Positions 26,588-33,498 of a DNA stretch of 33,498 nt are shown here, piece after piece. A model generated the notes under the pieces. That model did no database searches. It saw only the letters and a program-made list of their open reading frames with translations, and was not told the origin of the DNA. The stretch's first letter is position 1; each line of letters begins with the position of its first letter. Source of the DNA: Methanoregula sp. (GTDB lineage Archaea > Halobacteriota > Methanomicrobia > Methanomicrobiales > Methanospirillaceae); the NCBI GenBank assembly GCA_028711405.1, contig JAQTSH010000001.1:1-33498 (forward strand), written 5' to 3'. A program made the translations under genes and the position numbers.

Positions 26588-27745
26588 TTAAATCACCAAC
26601 GCATTGTCGTCAATAATCCGGGTGACCAGATCATGGTCGCCTTCGATGGTCGCATTGTTGCCGACAATGCAGTTCCGGAAGATCGTCCCCGGGCTGCTCC
26701 GTACACGCTCCCCGAGGATCGCCCCGAACCCCGCACGGGACGGAACACCCTCAATGGTCAGGACTCCTTCTGTCGTGCAGGTAGAGGTATGATCCCCGAT
26801 CTGGCACCGTTCCGCGATCACGGTATCGATGATCCGGGAATGCGACCCGATGGTGGTATCGTCCATGATGATCGCGTTTCCTATACAGGTGAAGGGTTCA
26901 ATATTCACGCGGGATCCGATACTCGTGTAGGGCAGGATGCAGCAGTTCGGGCTGATCGTCGTATTACACCCAATCACCACCGGTCCCATGATGACCGTGT
27001 TCGGTCCGATGACCGATCCCCTCCCGATCCGGACCGCACCCTGGATCGTCGTCTGCCGGCTCGTGATCCCTTCCCGCACGGCAGTGAGCCGCTTTAAGAG
27101 CCGGGCGTTCATCTTCAGCAGGTCCCAGGGATAGATCGCGTCCTGCCAGTCGTCAGCCGGCACTGCCTGGAGCTGTTGGTTCGCATGGAGCATCGCAGCG
27201 ATGGCTTCCGTCATCGTATTGTTGCTGTTGATGATGGAGAAGAAATCCTTCTTTAAGGAGTAGATACCCGTGCTCACCGTGCAACCGGTGTTCGCTTCCG
27301 GCTTTTCAACGATGCTCTCGACATACCCGTCCTTTAAGTGCACCACGCCAAAGTTTGACGGGTTCGGGTGCTCTTTGACGAGAATCCCGGCGCGGTATTT
27401 ACGGATACTGGCAACCGATGCCGCATCGATATAATTGTCGCCAGGCAGAACGATGAAATCCCCCGAAATCTCCGGCTCCGCCTGCCTGAGTGCATGGGCG
27501 GTGCCCAGCTGCTTCTCCTGCACCACCACCTTGATGGGAAGATCAAACTCGTTTAAGAACCGGATCACCTGCTCGCGGCGGTACCCCACGACCACGACGA
27601 TATCCCGGATCCCGTTCTTCACCAGTGCATCGATCACGTACCCGATGATCGGGCGGTTCGCCACCGGGATCATCGCCTTCGGGCGGCTCAACGTCAGGGG
27701 TCGCACCCGTCTCCCCTCACCTGCCGCAAGAATCACTGCCTGCAT
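26588..27745 (-). CDS. Sugar-phosphate nucleotidyltransferase, GlmU-like paralog with a diverged LbH domain
   Basis: ILAAGEG.R.RPLT..RPK.M, QLGTAHA, GD, VEKP and YPWDLL; C-terminal hexapeptides. Confidence 0.88.
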   Translation of the reverse strand: MQAVILAAGEGRRVRPLTLSRPKAMIPVANRPIIGYVIDALVKNGIRDIVVVVGYRREQVIRFLNEFDLPIKVVVQEKQLGTAHALRQAEPEISGDFIVLPGDNYIDAASVASIRKYRAGILVKEHPNPSNFGVVHLKDGYVESIVEKPEANTGCTVSTGIYSLKKDFFSIINSNNTMTEAIAAMLHANQQLQAVPADDWQDAIYPWDLLKMNARLLKRLTAVREGITSRQTTIQGAVRIGRGSVIGPNTVIMGPVVIGCNTTISPNCCILPYTSIGSRVNIEPFTCIGNAIIMDDTTIGSHSRIIDTVIAERCQIGDHTSTCTTEGVLTIEGVPSRAGFGAILGERVRSSPGTIFRNCIVGNNATIEGDHDLVTRIIDDNALVI

Positions 27746-27753
27746 CGTCTTAC

Positions 27754-28953
27754 CTACCGGATGATGGAGTTCTCTCCAATACAGCCTTCGACATACGTGT
27801 TGGGAGCAAAGAGCGAGTTATGCGCAATCATTGCCCCGACGTTGATGGAGCAGTTGATCCCGAACTGCACATCATCCCCGATGACTGCCCCGAACTTCCT
27901 GTGCCGGGTGTTCCTGCCGCAGACATGGACATCCGCATGGTCGTGCCGGAGGTTAGCCACTTTTGTTCCGGCACCAAAGTTGCACCCGCTGCCGATGACT
28001 GAGTCTCCGATGTAGTTGAAGTGCGGGATCTTCGTGCCTGCCATGACGATCGAGTTCTTCAGCTCGGTGCAGTGCCCGATGTGGCAGTCATCCCCGACGC
28101 TTGTCGCGCCTCGGAAATACGCGTGCGGACCGATCCGGCAGTTGTTGCCGATGATGCACGGACCCTCGATGTATGTGCCGGATTTTATGACGGTGCCCTT
28201 GCCGATGACCACCGGACCGGTCAGGGTGACCCCATCTTCCACCGTGCCCCGGTGATCAGATGTGAGGCTCGCCATCAGGATCGCGTTCGCATCCAATAGA
28301 TCCCAAGGGTACCCGACATCCATCCAGAATGAGAGCGGGAAGGCGCCTAGGCGTTTTTCTCCGATCAGCACCCCGAGGGCATCCGTGAGTTCCAGTTCCC
28401 CCCGTTCCGAAGTCTGCACCCGGTCGACAAGATCGAAAATATCCGGGCTGAACAGGTATGCCCCGGCATTGATCAGGTTTGATCGCGGGTGTTCGGATTT
28501 CTCTTCGAGAGACGTGACCATTCCATCCTCGACAAGCACGACCCCGTAATCCTGGGGATGATCGGTCGTACTCGTGCACATACAGTGGGGCGGCATGGCG
28601 ATGAGCCGGGCGATATCGGCACTCGAAAGGAGCATATCCCCGTTCATCGCGAGAAAGTTTCCGGAGACCCGGTCGGCGGCGGATCGCAGGGCGTCGGCAG
28701 TCCCCTGCTGGTGCCGTTGTGGGGCGTACGTGATCCGGATCCCCCAGCGGGAACCATCGTCAAAATGTTTCCGGACTTCCCGTTCCCCGTATCCAACGAC
28801 CAGGACAAAATCCGTGATGCCGGCATCCCGGGCAGCGAGGATTAAATGCTCCATCATCGGGCGGTTCGCGAGCGGGAGCATCACTTTCGGTCGCCTGGCA
28901 GTGAGGGGGCGCATCCGTTTCCCTTCACCGGCAGCGAAGACGACACATTCCAT
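27754..28953 (-). CDS. glmU: Bifunctional sugar-1-phosphate nucleotidylyltransferase/acetyltransferase (archaeal GlmU)
   Basis: AAGEGKRMRPLT..RPK, GTADA, NGD, SERGELELTD, PHFNYIGDS.IG..CNFGAGT..ANLR and KFGA.IGD. ATG at 28953. Confidence 0.92.
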   Translation of the reverse strand: MECVVFAAGEGKRMRPLTARRPKVMLPLANRPMMEHLILAARDAGITDFVLVVGYGEREVRKHFDDGSRWGIRITYAPQRHQQGTADALRSAADRVSGNFLAMNGDMLLSSADIARLIAMPPHCMCTSTTDHPQDYGVVLVEDGMVTSLEEKSEHPRSNLINAGAYLFSPDIFDLVDRVQTSERGELELTDALGVLIGEKRLGAFPLSFWMDVGYPWDLLDANAILMASLTSDHRGTVEDGVTLTGPVVIGKGTVIKSGTYIEGPCIIGNNCRIGPHAYFRGATSVGDDCHIGHCTELKNSIVMAGTKIPHFNYIGDSVIGSGCNFGAGTKVANLRHDHADVHVCGRNTRHRKFGAVIGDDVQFGINCSINVGAMIAHNSLFAPNTYVEGCIGENSIIR

Positions 28954-28976
28954 ATCTATAGCTCGATGCACAACAT

Positions 28977-30227
28977 TTAAGCAGCTTTCCCCTGCTTTAC
29001 GAGCATACGTCCCCGTTCCAGCATTACTTTTGCCGCCGGAAGGGTTGTGCCTTCTGCGGTGATCCGGATCTTGTGTTCCGTCCCGCTTGCCCGGACCAGG
29101 TACCAGCCATCTTCAGCGGCAATACGGATCCCGTCCGTCGGGCTAGTCGCTCCCAGAGCCAGTACGGTCTCTCGTGCGGTTTCGCAGGGAATGGACTCGC
29201 GGAGGATGGGATACGAGGGCATCGTGTCCAGTTCGGCAGCGATATCCGTCGTGGACGCGATCTCGCAGAACAGGGCAGCGGCAAATGGACCATCCGGGCA
29301 GTACGAGTGCTTCGGGAAGATCCAGGCACCGCTCGGCTCGCCCCCGAACTCTCCCCACCGGAGGAGTTCCTCTGAGACATAGGAGTCCCCGACCGGTGTG
29401 CGGTGGACTTCTGCGACCTCCTCGATGATCATCGAGGCATCGCTCGTTGTCACCACCCGTTTCGCCCCAAGGTGGGAGGCGAAGAGTAAGAGCAGGTGGT
29501 CACCATCGATGAACCGACCCCGGTTGTCGAACGCCATCATCCGGTCGGCATCGCCATCATGCACGACCGCACACCGGGCGCCCGTCTTTTTCACCATCTC
29601 TCCAACATACCCGAGGTACTCCGGTAACGGTTCGGACTTCCGTGAGAACTGCCCGGCGGGATCACAGGTGAGGCAGACCGGTTTAGCCCCGGCGTCTGCG
29701 AGGAGTGACGGGGTCAGAACCGAGCCGGCGCCGTTCCCGCAATCGAGGACAACCGTCAGACCGTCCCGGATCGTGACCGCGTCAAGGATTGCCGCTTTGT
29801 ACGGGGTGAGGGCATCGAAGGGATAGGATGCCCCCTGGTGCTTCCAGTCCGCGAGGCGGGGGGTCTTCAGTGCGTCTTCGGTCGCAGCCTGTTGTGCGAG
29901 CGTGAAGGCAGATCCGTCGGGATTGAAGAGTTTCAGACCGTTGTACTCCTCCGGGTTGTGGGAGGCGGTGATCATGCAGCCCGCTTTTTTGAGCCGGGTG
30001 GTAAACGCGATGGCGGGAGTGGGGGCAATGCCCGCACAGTATGCCTGTCCCCCGCTGCCGATCACGCCTGAGACGATAAGGCGGGCGAGGAGCGGACTTG
30101 TCGTACGGGTATCCGTACCGATGATGATATCCCTAAAATCGGCTCCCAGCACTGCACCGACGTCCAGTGCGGTATTCACCAGCGTCTGGTCAAAACGCCT
30201 CCTGATTCCCGATGACCCGAACAGCAT
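28977..30227 (-). CDS. glmM: Phosphoglucosamine mutase / phosphohexomutase
   Basis: LFGSSGIR, ITASHNP, DGDADR, GGEPSG and VRASGTE. Confidence 0.9.
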   Translation of the reverse strand: MLFGSSGIRRRFDQTLVNTALDVGAVLGADFRDIIIGTDTRTTSPLLARLIVSGVIGSGGQAYCAGIAPTPAIAFTTRLKKAGCMITASHNPEEYNGLKLFNPDGSAFTLAQQAATEDALKTPRLADWKHQGASYPFDALTPYKAAILDAVTIRDGLTVVLDCGNGAGSVLTPSLLADAGAKPVCLTCDPAGQFSRKSEPLPEYLGYVGEMVKKTGARCAVVHDGDADRMMAFDNRGRFIDGDHLLLLFASHLGAKRVVTTSDASMIIEEVAEVHRTPVGDSYVSEELLRWGEFGGEPSGAWIFPKHSYCPDGPFAAALFCEIASTTDIAAELDTMPSYPILRESIPCETARETVLALGATSPTDGIRIAAEDGWYLVRASGTEHKIRITAEGTTLPAAKVMLERGRMLVKQGKAA

Positions 30228-30322
30228 GAACCATCATTGGTTCTCTGGTTAATTAGAGTTTTTTCCCCGGAGACCGGCGGGGGGTGGGGGAGGGGTTGCC
30301 GGTACCCGTGAACGGTACCGGG

Positions 30323-30925
30323 TCACGTCCCGTACGGGCACCAGTGCTCCAGGTGCTGGAGGCGTGCCACGCCGGCAGTGGACGGACCCAGGCAGAGGAT
30401 CCGGGCGGTGTCCTTACGGGCAGCGATCAGATCGCCGGTCCCGGGTGCGATGAGCCCGTCACCGTTGATCAGGAGGACTTCCGCCCGTTCCCTGGCATCC
30501 GTGATATGCAGGGCGGATACTCCTGCCGGGGGCATCGCCCCGACACAGCAGACAGTCTTTCCTGCGAGAGCGGCAGCCAGCTCGTTCCGGCACGCCCCAT
30601 GGGAGGAAACCGGGCAGGCATGCGAGACCCGCGAGAGGCAGAAGAACCCGAGCGCGACATTGATGATTGCACATGCGGCAGCACGGGTGGCAGGGGTGTC
30701 GAGCGGAGCACCGGCAAGAAACGAGATCCGGGTCATCGCCCGGATCGGATCGTCGGTTACGAACTCTGCACTCCTGCCCCCAAACGTGGCGGTCATGCAG
30801 GCACCCCGCTCGTACTGGCAGGGTCTGATATCCGGGTTCACTGTAAGACGGACGCCCGCCTCTTCACAGCCGGAATGCGTGAGGTGTTCCTGCAGCCGGT
30901 TGACAGAATCGATGATGATATCCAT
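30323..30925 (-). CDS. Cys-rich hypothetical protein, DUF364-like (Rossmann-like)
   Basis: RAAACAIIN, KTV..VG.MP and LCLGPST resemble DUF364-type proteins; tightly coupled to the cyclase gene. Confidence 0.6.
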   Translation of the reverse strand: MDIIIDSVNRLQEHLTHSGCEEAGVRLTVNPDIRPCQYERGACMTATFGGRSAEFVTDDPIRAMTRISFLAGAPLDTPATRAAACAIINVALGFFCLSRVSHACPVSSHGACRNELAAALAGKTVCCVGAMPPAGVSALHITDARERAEVLLINGDGLIAPGTGDLIAARKDTARILCLGPSTAGVARLQHLEHWCPYGT

Positions 30926-30927
30926 AA

Positions 30928-31536
30928 TTATTCTCCTGTTTCGATGAGCACGACCCGGGCGGGCGAACCATCCAGCCCGGCGAGGCGCAGCGGCAGTGCC
31001 ACCATCTCGTAATCCCCTTCCGGTATCCCCGACAGGTCGAGCAGTTCGATGACGATGCAGCCCCGGCGGAGCAGCTCCCGGTGCACCGACCCGTCGCAGT
31101 GAAACGACTCAATAGAGAGCGAATCGATCCCCACGCAGAGCATCCCGCTCGCTGTCATCAGCTGGGCAGCATCCAGTGTAAGACAGGGATAGTCTTCTAT
31201 AAACCGGTCCTTGCCGGAGAACGCGGTTCTCAACAAAATCCGTTGGCTTCCCTCGATCCTGCCCTGAAGAGCCTCTGCGGTAATCTGATTGCCCGCACAG
31301 GTGACGTCCAGCACCCGGCACTTCCCGATCAGGTTCGGGAGCGGAACCGTATCGATCGTATCCCCACGTTTCAGGTAATGCACCGGGGCATCAATATGCG
31401 TCCCTGAGTGGGAGCTCATGCGGAGCTCGCTGATCAGGTATACTCCCGCGTCCACCTGCCGGAATTGCGGGACAACGTCCCCGGCATACGCAACCGAGCT
31501 CTCGGACAGGACCCGGGTCACATCATGGATCCGCAC
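30928..31536 (-). CDS. Cyclase-family metal-dependent hydrolase (kynurenine formamidase-like)
   Basis: HSGTHIDAPVH, VGIDSLS, H..LL, IELLDL and LPLRL.GLDGSPARV. GTG start at 31536 preferred. Confidence 0.92.
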   Translation of the reverse strand: MRIHDVTRVLSESSVAYAGDVVPQFRQVDAGVYLISELRMSSHSGTHIDAPVHYLKRGDTIDTVPLPNLIGKCRVLDVTCAGNQITAEALQGRIEGSQRILLRTAFSGKDRFIEDYPCLTLDAAQLMTASGMLCVGIDSLSIESFHCDGSVHRELLRRGCIVIELLDLSGIPEGDYEMVALPLRLAGLDGSPARVVLIETGE

Positions 31537-31538
31537 GA

Positions 31539-32189
31539 TCAGGCACCCCACCCATGCTCGCCGATCAGGGGAACGAACCGGACGCCCCCGTGGTATTCCC
31601 GCGTGACATACTCACCCTGCTTTGTGATGACCACCAGTTCCTGGAGATCCCGGCTGCCTACCGGGGCGACAAGCCTGCCGTTCTCCACCAACTGATCGAT
31701 GAGCGGAGTGGGAGTCTTCGGTGCCGACGCGGTGATGATGATCCCGTTGTACGGAGCATACAGCGGATACCCCAGAGTACCGTCGCCGTCAATCACCTCC
31801 ACGTTGTCATAGTGCAGGGTGGCAAGGTTCTTTCTCGCCAGCTCCGCCACCGCCGGTATCCGCTCGATGGTCGTGACTTGTCGCACGAGAACGCTCAGCA
31901 CCGCCGCCTGGTACCCGCACCCTGCCCCGATCTCGAGCACATGGTCCGTAGGGCGGGTTTTGAGCAGTTTCGTCATCAGGGCAACGATAAAGGGCTGGGA
32001 GATCGTCTGCCCGTTGCCGATGGGGAGCGGGCAGTCCTCATACGCTGCCTGATCATGGGGCGGGGGGATGAAGAGGTGGCGGGGCACGTCCCGCATCGCG
32101 GAGAGAATACGGGGATCCGATACGCTCCGTGATGCGATCTGCTGCTCCACCATCCGGCAGCGCTCCTCAAAACGGGGAAAGGGAGCCAT
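31539..32189 (-). CDS. pcm: Protein-L-isoaspartate O-methyltransferase
   Basis: VPRHLF, AY.D.PLPIG.GQTISQP, VLEIG.G.GYQAA, GDG..G and VRFVPLIG. Confidence 0.96.
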   Translation of the reverse strand: MAPFPRFEERCRMVEQQIASRSVSDPRILSAMRDVPRHLFIPPPHDQAAYEDCPLPIGNGQTISQPFIVALMTKLLKTRPTDHVLEIGAGCGYQAAVLSVLVRQVTTIERIPAVAELARKNLATLHYDNVEVIDGDGTLGYPLYAPYNGIIITASAPKTPTPLIDQLVENGRLVAPVGSRDLQELVVITKQGEYVTREYHGGVRFVPLIGEHGWGA

Positions 32190-32201
32190 GGTCTCCCCGG
32201 C

Positions 32202-33317
32202 TCAGAACCCGGACTTCTCTGCCACATCGATCGTGGCATCGATCTGGTGCTGGAGCGCCTCCGGCAACCCGGAGATCTTTACGTCGAGGAAGCCCCGGAT
32301 GATCGTGGCAGTCGCCTCGTCCTCATCCAACCCCCGGGACATCAGGTACTCGATCTCATCCTGAGCCAGTTTACCGACCGCTGCTTCATGGGAGAGTTCG
32401 GTGCCGACCACCGATCCCTCAATCTCCGGGATGGCATAGATGATACCGTCCTTTAGGATCAACCCCTTGCATTCGAGATGCCCCCGGGTGCCGGCAGTCT
32501 TGCCCTGGATATGCCCCCGTGACACAATCGTCCCGCCTTTCGTGATCGCACGGGTGATGAGTTCGGCGCTCGCACCTTTTCCTTCAAGGATGGCGCGGGA
32601 ACCCACATCGATATACGAATCCGGTGTGGCGATAACGATGCTTGAGAACCGGGCGACCGAGTTGTCCCCCGCGAGTGTCGCGGTCGGGTACATCTGGACC
32701 TTCTTTACCGGTTGCATGCAGACATAGTTCGACAAGAACACCCCGTTCTCCTCCACCCGTGAGGCACTCCGTGGGAAGACGTCGATGTTCTCGGACCAGG
32801 TATGGATCATCGTGAAGCTGATCTTCGCGTTTTTCTTCACGTAAAATTCCGACACACCGTAGTGCGCCCCGCCCTTGCCGACGTGTGCACCGCTTGCACA
32901 CCCGGAGATGATATGGAGTTCTGCACCTTCCTCCGCGATGATGATGTTGTGGACGTGCTGGATCTTCTCGCGCCTGAGATAGAGGCAGGCTTGGATGGGG
33001 AGGATGTTTGAGGTGCCTGCCTTTGCGATGATCACGTAGCCTTTTGGGTCTTTCTGTGCTGCTACATACCGCGTGATCTCGTCTTTTTCCGGGGAGACGA
33101 CCTTCCACTCGTACTCCTTTAACCAGTCGTACTTCTCCATTGCCTCCCTGTAGGAGAGGACTTCGATCCCGTCCTGCGTGCATTCCGAATGCATGACGTC
33201 CTGGTCCATCTGGAGGTAACTGCCGCACCGGTTTTCCATCGAGAGGTCGATCCCCGACTGGACAAGACGCTCCTTGTCCACATCCGTGAGATTGGGGACG
33301 TTTACGAGTGGCGACAT
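32202..33317 (-). CDS. sufB: SufB/SufD-family Fe-S scaffold (SMS-type SmsB)
   Basis: Q.VHN.IIAEEG.ELHIISGC, GVSEFYV, GHLECKGL, SHEAAVGK...EIEYLMSRGL.EDEA. Confidence 0.92.
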   Translation of the reverse strand: MSPLVNVPNLTDVDKERLVQSGIDLSMENRCGSYLQMDQDVMHSECTQDGIEVLSYREAMEKYDWLKEYEWKVVSPEKDEITRYVAAQKDPKGYVIIAKAGTSNILPIQACLYLRREKIQHVHNIIIAEEGAELHIISGCASGAHVGKGGAHYGVSEFYVKKNAKISFTMIHTWSENIDVFPRSASRVEENGVFLSNYVCMQPVKKVQMYPTATLAGDNSVARFSSIVIATPDSYIDVGSRAILEGKGASAELITRAITKGGTIVSRGHIQGKTAGTRGHLECKGLILKDGIIYAIPEIEGSVVGTELSHEAAVGKLAQDEIEYLMSRGLDEDEATATIIRGFLDVKISGLPEALQHQIDATIDVAEKSGF

Positions 33318-33498
33318 TCAAGACACTCCTTGTATCCTCGTTGTTTGATATCCTTTAAGATCTCGCGGGGGTTGCCGTGACACTTGATCTCCCCCTCGCA
33401 CATCACATGCCCCTTGTCCGCGTCAAGGTAGTCGAGGATATACCCTGTGTGAGTGATCACAAGCCCGCTCTTCTGCCGTTTGACGATCCGTTTCTCTT
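33302..33498 (-). CDS. sufC: SufC-like ABC ATPase (SmsC), 3' part only
   Basis: Translated by hand: ...KSGLVITHTGYILDYLDADKGHVMCEGEIKCHGNPREILKDIKQRGYKECLECRHS*. H-loop plus C-terminal CxxC; overlaps the sufB start. Confidence 0.88.
   Translation of the reverse strand, partial: EKRIVKRQKSGLVITHTGYILDYLDADKGHVMCEGEIKCHGNPREILKDIKQRGYKECLECRHS

Noticed and set aside
27746-27756. Possible TAG read-through fusing the two GlmU paralogs
   Set aside because: The 8-nt gap puts the second gene out of frame.
1-33498. tRNA, rRNA, CRISPR arrays, IS elements, integrases
   Set aside because: None recognised in the intergenic regions or ORFs by eye; a tRNAscan/Infernal run would be needed to exclude small RNAs.

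Overview
Archaeal chromosomal window. Gene content and protein style suggest a Methanomicrobiales methanogen, Methanoregula-like (inference). Left to right: htpX (partial); a divergent DUF1917/eIF4E-like protein; rpl40e; the conserved minus-strand cluster aIF2-gamma, PIN nuclease, rpoE1, spt4, dephospho-CoA kinase, rps24e, rps27ae, kae1-bud32, rdgB; an ~11 kb signal-transduction block (8.2-19.2 kb); nikR and a DUF2098-like gene; an N-glycosylation/hexosamine cluster (aglB, GT4, hexapeptide acyltransferase, glmS, two glmU-like paralogs, glmM); and an operon with SMS-type Fe-S assembly genes (smsC/sufC partial, smsB/sufB), pcm, a cyclase-family hydrolase and a Cys-rich hypothetical protein. The best candidate for an undescribed system is in the signalling block. 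It is an apparent operon of two small ORFs, a SatP acetate channel, a soluble PAS chemoreceptor, CheW and a REC-GAF-PAS-PAS histidine kinase, with no CheA in the window. It is transcribed divergently from a winged-HTH-PAS protein with a degenerate kinase domain, across a spacer carrying repeated TTTGC(A/C)A sites. No tRNA, rRNA, CRISPR array or mobile element was recognised. Family assignments come from motif recognition by eye, not from database searches.
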